Source: a virus
Lineage: Duplodnaviria; Caudoviricetes
Direction: 5' to 3' (one strand)
Virus record (IMG/VR): IMGVR_UViG_3300049782_000032
Coordinates: 1-40,605 of that record
Length of the DNA: 40,605 bases
The position numbers and the translations under genes were made by a program. Positions 1 to 8,684 of the stretch are shown in pieces. The notes under the pieces are model-generated. The model saw only the letters and a list, made by a program, of their open reading frames with translations, ran no database searches and was not told the DNA's origin. The first letter of the stretch is position 1. Every line of letters starts with the position of its first letter.

Positions 1-218
1 GGTGCGGGTGCCGGCGCGGGCGGAGTCGGGTTCGGCGCCGGTGTGGGCGTGGGAGCCGGGGCGGGCGCGGGCGGGTTACCGCCGCTGCCGGAGCCGGAGC
101 CGTCGCCGCCCTCGCTGGCGCCACCCGCGATGGCGTAGATGGGCGAGCCGTTGCGGCGCCTGCCGAGGATCGTGCCCGCAGCGTGCGTGGCGAGCGGGTG
201 CCGGAAAGGGGTGCTCAT
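1..218 (-). CDS. Scaffolding protein, N-terminal part (runs off the window start)
   Basis: ATG at 218 with GGAGG RBS. Translates MSTPFRHPLATHAAGTILGRRRNGSPIYAIAGGASEGGDGSGSGSGGNPPAPAPAP... Lies directly after the minor capsid gene. Not in the ORF track. Confidence 0.8.
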   Translation of the reverse strand, partial: MSTPFRHPLATHAAGTILGRRRNGSPIYAIAGGASEGGDGSGSGSGGNPPAPAPAPTPTPAPNPTPPAPAPA

Positions 219-235
219 GCAGTCCTCCAAGGGGG

Positions 236-1378
236 TCATCGGGCGGAGCCGATCTGCTCGCGCGCGGATTTGCGGCGCAGGTGCTCGTGCGCGGCCACGT
301 GCTCACGCATGGCGGCCTGCCAGGCGCGTACCTTCGCCCCGGCCACGCGGCGGGTGGCGTCGTCCATGGCGGCGGCCTGGCGGCGTTTCCAGCGGCGGAT
401 GTGCCGCTCGATCTCCCGCTGCCGCTGCGTGTCCTCGTACGTGGTGCCCGGGGTGGGGTGGTGCGGGGGCCGCTTCGTCACACCAGGCAGGTACGCCGAC
501 AGGGAATGTCGACAGTTCGGATGGAACAGCCCGGCGGCACGAGCTTCCACCAGGCTGCCCGCAACGTGCACGGGAATGATCCGGGGCCGCCGCAGCAGAC
601 GCCCCGTGGTCTCTGTGGCGTGCTCGGCCTGGATCGTGTGCGGTCCGGACTGGCCGGACAGGGTGAGCGTCTCGCCCTCCCACGGCCTGCACAGCTCGCA
701 CTCCAAGGGCGCGTCGGAGACGATGACCAGCCCCACGCCGATCTCGCCGAGCGCGTCGATGTGTCCTTCGATCGCGGCTCGCGCGGTGACGGACCGAACG
801 GCCATCTCCGCGTACGAGGCCATATCCCACGCTCGGCCCGCAGAGTCCACGAACCCCGTCACGCCCTGATTGGCGAACTGGTCCAGGGCCCGCTGGGCGG
901 CCTGCCGCCGGGTCATCGTGCCGAGGAGGACGTTCCCGGACGCGCGCGCGACCACGCGCCGGTACGCGTCCACCACCGCCCGAGTGATCCGCACGTACAC
1001 CGGCCGGGTGTCCTCCGCCATCGACGCGGCCAGCCGGTCCACGGCCGGGGCGCCCGGCAGGGTCTCGCGGGCCACCAGCTCCCGCCCGATGTCCAGCGCG
1101 CCGAGCTCGGCGACGGCCGCCTGACGGCCCCGGTTGTACGCCTCCACCAGGGCGCGGCGTACGGCGCCGTCGGTGTCCTGCTGGAGGGCCTCCGCGACTT
1201 CCTCCACAGCGGTGCGGAGGTTGCCGAGCGCGGCCAGCTTCAGCTCTGCCCACCGCGGCGACTCGATGTCCGCCTCCAGGGCCTTGGCGAGGCGCTCCAG
1301 GAGGGCGGTCTCCGCGTCCTCGTAGAGGCGGGCGACCTCAGCCGCCAAATCCTCCGCCATTGCTGGGGAAACCGGCAT
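236..1378 (-). CDS. Phage minor capsid / head morphogenesis protein (Phage_min_cap2-like)
   Basis: 380 aa after portal; motifs GFVDSAGRAW, YAEMAVRS, CELC, GLFHPNCRH, QREIERHIRRWKR. Confidence 0.88.
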   Translation of the reverse strand: MPVSPAMAEDLAAEVARLYEDAETALLERLAKALEADIESPRWAELKLAALGNLRTAVEEVAEALQQDTDGAVRRALVEAYNRGRQAAVAELGALDIGRELVARETLPGAPAVDRLAASMAEDTRPVYVRITRAVVDAYRRVVARASGNVLLGTMTRRQAAQRALDQFANQGVTGFVDSAGRAWDMASYAEMAVRSVTARAAIEGHIDALGEIGVGLVIVSDAPLECELCRPWEGETLTLSGQSGPHTIQAEHATETTGRLLRRPRIIPVHVAGSLVEARAAGLFHPNCRHSLSAYLPGVTKRPPHHPTPGTTYEDTQRQREIERHIRRWKRRQAAAMDDATRRVAGAKVRAWQAAMREHVAAHEHLRRKSAREQIGSAR

Positions 1379-2897
1379 CGCTGGCGCCCTCCGCTCCCGT
1401 CAGGGTTGGATCGGCGACCATCCGCCCGGACTCGGCGAGGATCCGGTCCGCTTCGGCCTTGATGCGGGTCTCGTCGTCCCAGTCCGGATGGACCATCCGC
1501 ACGAGCGTCTCCGTGGAGGCGGCCTCTGCCTGCCGCAGCAGACTGGCCGTCGTCGCCAGCGCCTGTGGGTCCTCCGACACGGCGTCGCCCCACTCCAGTA
1601 CCGGCCGCTGCACCGTCACTCCAGTGCGGAACACCGCCCTGTCCACGGCCAGCAGGGCGGCGTACGCGTCCGGAAGGCCCTGGTCCCAGTACACGATCTT
1701 CCTGTCCCGGGTCAGGTACGAGCGGCGCTCCCGCGCGGCGATCTCCGTAGCGGTCACGGCCGCGTCGCCCTTCCCGCCGAACGTCTGCGAGGAGTAGCCG
1801 GCCGAACGAACGATCTGCTCGACCAGGTCCGCGGCCGTGTCGCGGTGCTCGGTGACGCGGATGGCGAACTGGTTGAGCGTCAGCATGTTCCCGTCGCCCG
1901 CGCGCGGCAGCATGTTCAGCTCGCTGTAGACCTCGCGGTCCGCGTCGAACACCGCACCCTGCCCGGGGCCGGCCGACTGGAGATACGCGGACGGGGCGAT
2001 GATGCGGGCCTTGCCAAGCCGGATGTCCCGCATCCAACCGGAGTACGTCTCGTCGAGCGCGTCCAGCAGCGGTTCCACGCCGGACAGGTCCGAGCGTCCC
2101 AGCTGCGAGGCGTGGCGGACGCTGCGCCACAGCCGGTTAGGCCGCATGTTCGGCACGTACACCGCGGTCAGCCCGTCGTATCCGGTGAGCACGGCGCCCT
2201 CTTCGTTCACGAACGGTGCGAGCGCCCGTGTCGACTCGTGCTCGGTCAGCGGCACCGGCCGGCCGAGCTGGTCGGAGGTGCCCTCGTACAGGCCGTGCAG
2301 GATGCGCCCGGGCTCGTGCCGCTCCAGCCGCCGGAGGTAGATGCCGCCCTCCCGCGACAGCTCCTCCCAGAAGGTCACGGCGGACAGGTGGCCCCAGCGG
2401 AACTCGGGGATGGCCGCATCCGCGTGGACGCTGGACAGCCATGGCTTGTCGGCGAGGTCGACGTCCCACACGGGCCGCAGGTACACACCGCCCAGCGCCG
2501 CGCACAACTCCGCGGCCTCCAGCAGCGCCGCGTGGGCGCCTCCGTCGACCAGTTCGTCCAGCCGCGTCTGCGTCGTCGTGTCGTCGACGCGGGCGTTGGG
2601 CGGCTCTGAGAACAGCAGATCCGAAGAGGTCTGGCAGATGTCGGAGGCGATGGGGACGTGCAGCTTGGAGCGCTGCTCGCCTGCGGACGGGGGGCGTCCC
2701 CAGAACCAGCGGGCTACCGCGCCGATGATGCCGCCCCGGTACTGCGAGGGGCGCGCCTCGGGGATGCCGCTGGCACCGTAGATGGCGGCGAGACGGTCGG
2801 GGTTGCCCGAGTACCAGGCGTCCCACACGGCGACCTGGTCCATGACGGGCCGCATCTCGGGGGGCGGCCAGGGCTGGCCGCCGGTCGGCAGGGGCAT
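1338..2897 (-). CDS. Portal protein (SPP1 gp6-like)
   Basis: About 519 aa from MPLPTGGQPWPP, directly after terL; motifs LHVPIASDIC..SDLLF, YVPN, LGRSD, LDALDETYS, TATEI. Confidence 0.9.
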   Translation of the reverse strand: MPLPTGGQPWPPPEMRPVMDQVAVWDAWYSGNPDRLAAIYGASGIPEARPSQYRGGIIGAVARWFWGRPPSAGEQRSKLHVPIASDICQTSSDLLFSEPPNARVDDTTTQTRLDELVDGGAHAALLEAAELCAALGGVYLRPVWDVDLADKPWLSSVHADAAIPEFRWGHLSAVTFWEELSREGGIYLRRLERHEPGRILHGLYEGTSDQLGRPVPLTEHESTRALAPFVNEEGAVLTGYDGLTAVYVPNMRPNRLWRSVRHASQLGRSDLSGVEPLLDALDETYSGWMRDIRLGKARIIAPSAYLQSAGPGQGAVFDADREVYSELNMLPRAGDGNMLTLNQFAIRVTEHRDTAADLVEQIVRSAGYSSQTFGGKGDAAVTATEIAARERRSYLTRDRKIVYWDQGLPDAYAALLAVDRAVFRTGVTVQRPVLEWGDAVSEDPQALATTASLLRQAEAASTETLVRMVHPDWDDETRIKAEADRILAESGRMVADPTLTGAEGASDAGFPSNGGGFGG

Positions 2898-4174
2898 TAC
2901 GCGGCCACCTCCAGCAGTGTCGGGATGTGCGGCCGCCACAGGGCCTCGGTCGTACGGACGCCGTAGCGCAGCGCGTCACAGGAGTGGTCGTCCTGCTTGA
3001 TGGGCTTGTCCTCGCCCTTCTCGGCAGCGTCGTCATCCCAGCTGTAACCGGGGATTTCCTCGATCAGGCCGCGCGCCGACTCGTGGATGAGCAGCTTGCC
3101 GGCAGAGAGCAGCGATCCCGTGGTGCGAATGCCGTCGACTACCGCGTTGTCGGCCTGCGTCACGCCACTCACGCCATCCCGGTGCAGCTGCTCGATGTAC
3201 GACGCCGCCGACGGGTCCACGACCGTCCATTCCGGCTGCACACCAACCACGTTGGTCTGCGGCTGCGGGACAGAAGCCAGCCAGCGCCGGCGCGCGGCGG
3301 AGTACTCGGCGTCAGTCTTCTTCCGTCGCTGCGCCCGGGAGTCCCACCGGTACTCGCTCACCACGTACAGCCGCCTGTCTTCACCGAGCCCCAGGAGAAG
3401 GTCGGCGTACGGGTTGGTCGTGCCGTAGTCGATTGCGTCGCACAGCCACCGTGTGATGCGCGGGACGTCGGCGACCACGTGCCGCTTCGGGTCGAAGCTT
3501 TCGTAGATGGCGCCCTCGGCCTGGACCCAGTGGCCGAGGATATTCCGTCGGTAGAACAGGCCGACATACGTGCTCTTCAGCGACGCCACGTACTCGGGGT
3601 CCAAGAACGGGTTGTCGTCGAGAGTGAAGTGCCACGACCGCAGCCGGGTCTCGGCCGGCCGCTTCAGGTAGTCCTTGCGGAACCAGTGCGCCGGGTTGTC
3701 CGGGTTGGTCGTCGTGAAGATCTTCGCGCCCTTGACCGAGCAGCGCGCCACCAGCTGGTCGAAGAACGTCTTCGGCAGGGTCGTCGCCTCGTCGACGTAC
3801 GCGCCCGCGCACGTCATACCGCGGACCTTCGGTTCGGCCTTGGCGTCGTTCGCGCCCATCATGTGCACGATCCGGCCCATGATGACGGCGATCGGGGCGC
3901 CGTTGTTGTAGCTGATCTGCTTGGCGAGCGACCCGAAGATCTCCGGGTTGGTCAGCGGCGCGACGACGTTCCGGTACAGGGAGTCCCGGGTGCGCCCGAC
4001 CATGACCAGTTCGCCGCCGGTCGGCGCGGAAGCTACGAACGCCAGCCAGGCGAGCAGCGAAGCGATCGTCTTGCCCGACCGGACCGAGCCCTCCCACGCG
4101 TTGATCCGGGCGTCCGCCTCCACGATCGAGACGACCTGCTTGCGGGACAGCGGCAGCGCATCAAGGAGACTCAC
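2897..4174 (-). CDS. terL: Terminase large subunit (PBSX family)
   Basis: Walker A EGSVRSGKT, Walker B AYVDEA, motif III TTNPD, nuclease DYGTTNP and DHSCDALRY. Confidence 0.95.
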   Translation of the reverse strand: MSLLDALPLSRKQVVSIVEADARINAWEGSVRSGKTIASLLAWLAFVASAPTGGELVMVGRTRDSLYRNVVAPLTNPEIFGSLAKQISYNNGAPIAVIMGRIVHMMGANDAKAEPKVRGMTCAGAYVDEATTLPKTFFDQLVARCSVKGAKIFTTTNPDNPAHWFRKDYLKRPAETRLRSWHFTLDDNPFLDPEYVASLKSTYVGLFYRRNILGHWVQAEGAIYESFDPKRHVVADVPRITRWLCDAIDYGTTNPYADLLLGLGEDRRLYVVSEYRWDSRAQRRKKTDAEYSAARRRWLASVPQPQTNVVGVQPEWTVVDPSAASYIEQLHRDGVSGVTQADNAVVDGIRTTGSLLSAGKLLIHESARGLIEEIPGYSWDDDAAEKGEDKPIKQDDHSCDALRYGVRTTEALWRPHIPTLLEVAA

Positions 4175-4706
4175 CTTCCGCCTCCTCGCCGGCGCTGCCC
4201 TCCTCGCCTGCCTCGTCGTACGCCGCCTTCAGCCCGCGCATGAGCTGGCCGAGCATCGAGCGGGCGTCCTCGGCGCCGGAGTCGTCCGCAGGCGGCACGA
4301 GCTTAAGGGACTTCTCCAGCGCGATCCCGGCCGCCGACATGAGCGCCTTCTTGTCCACGGCCGGCGGCTCGTCGACCTGGCGCGAGTTGAAGGTGTTCTC
4401 CTTGCCGCCGAAGTTGAAGACGACGGCGGGCTCCCACATCTGCTGTGTGAGCTTGAGCGCGTCGAGGTGGAGGTCCAGGGCGGTGTCGGCGCGCAGGGCG
4501 GCGAGCTGGGCGATGCGGGCGCGGGTGGCGTCCTCGGTCATCGACGTGTCGAAGGTGAGGCCGAGTTCGGCGGCGATCACTGAAACGGTGCGCTGGGCGC
4601 GGCCGATCTCGCGGGCGATGGCGTTGCGGCCCATGCCGAGGGCGTGCAGCTCGCGGATGCGCTGGTAGTCCTCTTCGGTGACTGGGCGGCCGTACTGGTT
4701 CGGCAT
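4161..4706 (-). CDS. terS: Terminase small subunit with N-terminal HTH
   Basis: HTH LHALGMGRNAIAREIGRAQRTVS; overlaps the terL start. Confidence 0.8.
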   Translation of the reverse strand: MPNQYGRPVTEEDYQRIRELHALGMGRNAIAREIGRAQRTVSVIAAELGLTFDTSMTEDATRARIAQLAALRADTALDLHLDALKLTQQMWEPAVVFNFGGKENTFNSRQVDEPPAVDKKALMSAAGIALEKSLKLVPPADDSGAEDARSMLGQLMRGLKAAYDEAGEEGSAGEEAEGESP

Positions 4707-4722
4707 GGTCACCTCCCTGGTG

Positions 4723-4899
4723 CTACCGCCCGCGTCGGCCGCGGGTGCGCGCTGCCTTCTTCGCCATGGCCGAGCGGCCGGCCTTGGTCTTGCCCGCGTT
4801 GGCGATCTTGGCGGCCTTCTTCTTGCTCATGCCCTGCGCTCTGAGGGCCTCGTACGCGTCGACTCGTCCGGACGTGATGCCGCGCTTCTTGCTGGCCAC
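4723..4899 (-). CDS. Small very basic protein (58 aa)
   Basis: GTG start with GGGAGG RBS; VASKKRGITSGRVDAYEALRAQGMSKKKAAKIANAGKTKAGRSAMAKKAARTRGRRGR; below the ORF-track cutoff. Confidence 0.75.
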   Translation of the reverse strand: MASKKRGITSGRVDAYEALRAQGMSKKKAAKIANAGKTKAGRSAMAKKAARTRGRRGR

Positions 4900-4920
4900 A
4901 GGGCCTCCCGGAGTGGTGCG

Positions 4921-4961
4921 GGCATGCGAAGGCCCGGCCGTACGGGGTGGACGGCCGGGCC
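4921..4961 (-). terminator. GC hairpin / probable intrinsic terminator after the lipoprotein gene
   Basis: GGCCCGGCCGT...ACGGCCGGGCC followed by TTCGCATGCC on the minus strand. Confidence 0.6.
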
Positions 4962-4980
4962 AGATCAGGGATGGGTCAGG

Positions 4981-5403
4981 TCAGCAGGACTCGTCCTGCT
5001 TGACGGAGTAGATGGCGACGCGGATGGCGTCGGTGGCGCCGGGCGCCGGGTCCTGGCGGCACACCTTCCAGCCGCTGTTCAGGATGATCATGCGGCCCTC
5101 GGGCGAGGCGTCCTCCTCGTTCACCATGAAGCCCGCCTCGTGGAGCACGCCCATCGCCTCTCGGTGGTTCATGCCGACGACGTCGGGCACCTCGCTGGTC
5201 TCCGGCTCGGCCTCGTCGACGCTGGGCTCGGTGGCGGGCGCGTCCGTGTCGGTCTCGGCGGTGGTGTCCTGCTTCGTCTGGCCGCTGGTCTCCTCGGCGG
5301 TGGTGTCCGGCTTGCTGGAGCTGGTGTCGGCGGTGCCTTCGCAGGCGGTGAGCGTGAGGAGCGCGGCGGCGGTGAGTGCGCCGAGGGTGTGTCGGATGCG
5401 CAT
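4981..5403 (-). CDS. Lipoprotein with PASTA-like domain (candidate superinfection exclusion)
   Basis: Signal peptide with lipobox LTAC, acidic Thr-rich linker, PASTA-like VPDVVGMNHREAMGVLHEAGF...WKVCRQDPAPG. Confidence 0.8.
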   Translation of the reverse strand: MRIRHTLGALTAAALLTLTACEGTADTSSSKPDTTAEETSGQTKQDTTAETDTDAPATEPSVDEAEPETSEVPDVVGMNHREAMGVLHEAGFMVNEEDASPEGRMIILNSGWKVCRQDPAPGATDAIRVAIYSVKQDESC

Positions 5404-5731
5404 GGTGTGTCCCCCCAGGGTTGCGGTTGCTGAGGGGTCATCATGCGGCGGGTGGGGATGGCGTGTACGGCCTGTGGCTGTTCTGTGACGGAAGTGGTCC
5501 GCGCAGGGCGCGTCAGCAACCGCCCGAGCCGTGTCGTGGGGTTGCGCCCTGCGCGGGGTCTGGGGTTCGGCCCGCCGCCCGGCCGCTGGTGTTACCGCCG
5601 CCCCTGTGGGTTCGGCGTTCCAGCGCTACGGGGCCCACCGGGCGGCGTCCGTCTGTGGGATGCGAACGGCCCCCGCTCGGGTGGAGACGGGGGCCGTGGC
5701 CGCGGGGTCCGGGCACGCCGGACGTGGGGCC

Positions 5732-5760
5732 AGGATGCGACATGATCGCGCCGAATGCAA
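5732..5760 (-). promoter_or_regulatory. Putative sigma70/HrdB-type promoter upstream of the late region
   Basis: Minus strand TTGCAT-17 nt-CATCCT, followed by a structured non-coding leader. Confidence 0.5.
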
Positions 5761-5955
5761 CTACGGGCGTAGTCGGCCCTCGGCGTGTTCCGTCAGCTTG
5801 CCGTCCACCACCACGAGCGGGAGGCCCGGCACTCCGCCCAGTCTGGCCACTTCGCTGATGATCCGCTGTTGCAACCGGGCCTGTTCGGCTCGTACAGCGT
5901 GGCGGAGGCTCTCGCGGAACCGTTCGCGCAGGGTCATGGGGACATTCTCGCCCAT
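5761..5955 (-). CDS. Hypothetical protein (~64 aa)
   Basis: MGENVPMTLRERFRESLRHAVRAEQARLQQ...; plausible helical protein on the coding strand. Confidence 0.45.
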   Translation of the reverse strand: MGENVPMTLRERFRESLRHAVRAEQARLQQRIISEVARLGGVPGLPLVVVDGKLTEHAEGRLRP

Positions 5956-6063
5956 GGGTCGGGCCCTCGCCCCTGGGGATTTAGGCGAGGGCCCGGAGTG
6001 CGTCACAGCCAGAGACGCAGATATGGACGTCTGCGACTGTACGGCGAGGGTCTGACAGTGGGG

Positions 6064-6510
6064 CTACTCCTTGGCCCACGCCTCACAGGCGTCCTCAACG
6101 GGAGCGCACAGGTGCTGGTGCCAGCCGGTGGTCATCGGCGTCGGGGTGCCGGTGTGGGCGAGGGTGGCAACGGTCCCCGCGAGCATGGCTGGCGCGACCC
6201 AGCCGGGCACGGGTAGCGGCTCCGGGTCCCGGTTGGAGCCGTCCTCGTTGAGGCGGGCCCACTGCCAGACCGGGCCACGGTCGTAGTACTTGTCGCGGCC
6301 GGTGTGCCAGTCCCAAATCAGGATCAGGCCGTGCCGGTAGCGGTCGGCGGGGATGCCGGACGTTTCCGGGGTGAGGGTGATGACTGCGCGCAGGTACGGA
6401 TGGTCGTAGGAGTCCTCGACGAACGCGTCGACCTGCTCGGGCGTCAGCTTGGCCTCGGTCAGGGCGGCCTCGATGGCGTCGAGGTAGGGGGCGTGGGGCA
6501 GGGTGCGCAT
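6064..6510 (-). CDS. Hypothetical protein (Trp-rich, 148 aa)
   Basis: MRTLPHAPYLDAIEAALTEA...GLILIWDW...WQWA; GAGAGGA RBS. Confidence 0.7.
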   Translation of the reverse strand: MRTLPHAPYLDAIEAALTEAKLTPEQVDAFVEDSYDHPYLRAVITLTPETSGIPADRYRHGLILIWDWHTGRDKYYDRGPVWQWARLNEDGSNRDPEPLPVPGWVAPAMLAGTVATLAHTGTPTPMTTGWHQHLCAPVEDACEAWAKE

Positions 6511-6546
6511 GGGACGGATCCTCTCGGGTGGCACTGACACAGCGGT

Positions 6547-6654
6547 TCAGGTGCAGGGGAAGTGGCTCGGCGGGTAGTGCCCGGCGCAGTTGGGGCAGTA
6601 GTCCAGCGGCGGCTGCTCGTACCGCAGGACGGCGGCGAGGAGGCGTCGGATCAT
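6547..6654 (-). CDS. Small Cys/His peptide (35 aa)
   Basis: ATGA overlap with the upstream stop; MIRRLLAAVLRYEQPPLDYCPNCAGHYPPSHFPCT. Confidence 0.55.
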   Translation of the reverse strand: MIRRLLAAVLRYEQPPLDYCPNCAGHYPPSHFPCT

Positions 6655-7022
6655 CGCGCGTTCACCTCCCCCGTGCTGCTCAGGTTGGTGACGTGCTCGA
6701 TCTCGGGGAAGATCGTCATCCCCTCCCCCGGGCCCTTTCGGACTTCGCGCACACGCGTGGTCTCACGTGCGTAAACGTCGCCAGAGGGGGTCTCCTGCCC
6801 CGGTGGGGGAGTGGCGGACGAATCGGACACCCGGCGGCGGGCGGACCACCACACGGCAGCCACGCCGACCACCCACACGGCGAGCACGCCGGCCTCGGCC
6901 GACACCGCCCACACGACCGCCAGGGGCACGCCGCCGAGCACCAGCAGCACGCAGCCACCGGCCGCCGCGCTGCGCTGCTCGGGCTCCTCGACGGGGGCGC
7001 GCCGCTTCTTCCGGGCGGCCAT
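6651..7022 (-). CDS. Membrane protein (2 TM), Spd-like cluster
   Basis: MAARKKRR...GGCVLLVLGGVPLAVVWAVSAEAGVLAVWVVGVAAVWWSARRR; start overlaps the upstream stop. Confidence 0.75.
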   Translation of the reverse strand: MAARKKRRAPVEEPEQRSAAAGGCVLLVLGGVPLAVVWAVSAEAGVLAVWVVGVAAVWWSARRRVSDSSATPPPGQETPSGDVYARETTRVREVRKGPGEGMTIFPEIEHVTNLSSTGEVNAR

Positions 7023-7528
7023 CACAGCGCTCCGTACACGGTGTCGCCGAGCCAGTTCACGGCGACCGCGAGGGGCGCCGCGGCGAACCCGGCTACACCG
7101 GCCGAGGTGCCCAGACAGATCCCGCACCAGGCACCCCACTTGATGTCCGCCCCGTACCGGGACTTCTTCGCCAGCGCGACCATCACCGCGGTGAGGATGA
7201 GCACGACGGCGCCGCCGGCCTGTGTGAGTGGCAGGTAGGTGCTGGCTCCGGCGCGCTGGCCGGTCTGGCCGCCGACGCCCCAGACGAGGGCGACGTCGCC
7301 GAGCCAGTTGGCGATCCACCGGGCCGTGCGGGCGGCCCAACCGATCAGCCCGCCGATGCCGAGGATGGTGAGGACGCCGTACGTCCAGGCGAACAGGAAC
7401 GGGAGCAGGGCGGCGGCGTGGTGGGCGGGGTTGCTTTGGAGGGCCTTGAGTCCGGGCCACCAGGTGGTCAGGTGGTAGGCGAGGATCAGGAGTCCGACGG
7501 TGACACCGCCGTAGGTCACGAACGTCAT
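7022..7528 (-). CDS. Multi-TM membrane protein, Spd-like cluster
   Basis: 168 aa with about 4 hydrophobic segments; AAGGA RBS. Confidence 0.8.
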   Translation of the reverse strand: MTFVTYGGVTVGLLILAYHLTTWWPGLKALQSNPAHHAAALLPFLFAWTYGVLTILGIGGLIGWAARTARWIANWLGDVALVWGVGGQTGQRAGASTYLPLTQAGGAVVLILTAVMVALAKKSRYGADIKWGAWCGICLGTSAGVAGFAAAPLAVAVNWLGDTVYGAL

Positions 7529-7537
7529 GGGGGTCCT

Positions 7538-7684
7538 TCAGCGGAGGACGGCGACGCCGAGCGCCGCGAGGGTGAGGATGAACGCGCACGTGCCGGAGAT
7601 CAGGGGCACGGTGCGCCAGTCGACGAGGGCCAGGCCGAGGAGCCCTGCGACGGCCGCGAGCACGAAGAACACGGCGAGCAGCAC
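7538..7684 (-). CDS. Small 2-TM membrane protein (48 aa)
   Basis: VLLAVFFVLAAVAGLLGLALVDWRTVPLISGTCAFILTLAALGVAVLR; fills the gap between neighbouring genes. Confidence 0.65.
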   Translation of the reverse strand: MLLAVFFVLAAVAGLLGLALVDWRTVPLISGTCAFILTLAALGVAVLR

Positions 7685-7690
7685 GGCGGC

Positions 7691-8503
7691 CTACGCGGTG
7701 CGGCCGATGGCCGGCGGGTAGTCGGCCAGCTCGGGCTCGTGCTCCTCGATCTCCGCGCGGATCGTGCCGCGGATCGTCGAGTCGCCGACACGGCCGTATC
7801 CCGCGGCGATCAGCGCGTCCCGCATGGCGGCGGTGCCGGGGCGGGTGCCGTCGTCGTACAGCGGACGTACGGCGGCGCAGCGCGGGTCCCGGTAGACGAT
7901 GGCCGGCCGCTTCGGCTGCTCCTCGGGCTCGGGCTGCGGTTCCTCGGCGGGCTCCAGTGCGGGCGGCTGCTCGGGCTTCGGCGGTACGGCGGGCGACTGC
8001 TGAGCCACGGGCACGCGCTCGATGACGGGTGTCGTCTCGGCGGTGTCGACGCTGGTCGACGGGGCAACGACGGGCGTCGCGGCGAGGTGCAGCAGGTGCG
8101 CGAGCACGGCCGGCGGCACCATCGACGTGACCGCGATCAACCACGCCTGGTTGTGGTCCATGTGCCCGGTCTGCACCAGGTGTGCGACGACCTGAGCGGC
8201 GAGGGCCAGGACGATGGCGAACCCGGCGCCGATGGTGGCGGAGACCCGGCCGCGGGCGCCCTTGGGGCGGGTGGCGGCGACGACGGCGGCGATACCGGCG
8301 TAGGCCGAGAGGGAGAACGGCATGCCGTACGCCCATGGGTCGGTCCAGCCCGCGAACTTCGCGACGTGGTACTCGCCGGGCATCGACATGATGAGGGTCG
8401 CGGCGAGGACGGCGGGGCGGCCGGCGGTGGTGGCGAGTCTGGCGTACCAGGGTCCCGCTGGGGGCGGGGATGTGCGAGGCTTCTTCCAGCCCATGGAGGT
8501 CAC
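7691..8503 (-). CDS. DUF2637/Spd-like membrane protein with C-terminal winged-helix-like tail
   Basis: 4 TM segments with GEYHVAKFAGW..WAYGMP, LAAQVVAHL, VPPAVLAHLLHL; Pro/Glu linker; RPGTAAMRDALIAAGYGRVGDSTIR resembles the DNA-binding tails of Streptomyces plasmid/AICE spreading proteins. Confidence 0.65.
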   Translation of the reverse strand: MTSMGWKKPRTSPPPAGPWYARLATTAGRPAVLAATLIMSMPGEYHVAKFAGWTDPWAYGMPFSLSAYAGIAAVVAATRPKGARGRVSATIGAGFAIVLALAAQVVAHLVQTGHMDHNQAWLIAVTSMVPPAVLAHLLHLAATPVVAPSTSVDTAETTPVIERVPVAQQSPAVPPKPEQPPALEPAEEPQPEPEEQPKRPAIVYRDPRCAAVRPLYDDGTRPGTAAMRDALIAAGYGRVGDSTIRGTIRAEIEEHEPELADYPPAIGRTA

Positions 8504-8600
8504 TCTCCGGTGGTCAGAGCCCCGTTAGGTGTGTCCAGCACCTGCGGGGCTCGTTCAGTTGTGGGGCGTCGTCGGGCGTCGTCGGGCCGTCTCGACGTGG

Positions 8601-8639
8601 CCAAGGGGTACCCCTTGGATTCCAGAGGGTACCCCTTGG
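8601..8639. promoter_or_regulatory. Tandem palindromic operators between the divergent spd-like and HTH genes
   Basis: CCAAGGGGTACCCCTTGG (perfect 18-bp palindrome, 8601-8618) and CCAGAGGGTACCCCTTGG (8622-8639), 21-bp period. Confidence 0.75.
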
Positions 8640-8684
8640 GTGCGTCTGTGTGCAGCCCTACGCTCCGGTCGGGAGGTGGCGCGG

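Noticed and set aside
2-1462. Long plus-strand ORFs opposite structural genes (also 2927-4243, 6767-8695, 27464-29329, 30414-32423, 34998-36683)
   Set aside because: These are antisense shadows expected from high-GC codon bias; they have no RBS or recognisable motifs, and the minus-strand frames carry clear phage proteins.
8564-8587. GGGCGTCGTC tandem repeat and CGTCGTC runs near 8931 and 9398-9470 as a transfer (clt) locus
   Set aside because: Only two to three copies of a low-complexity GC-rich word, which is not distinguishable from chance without statistics.
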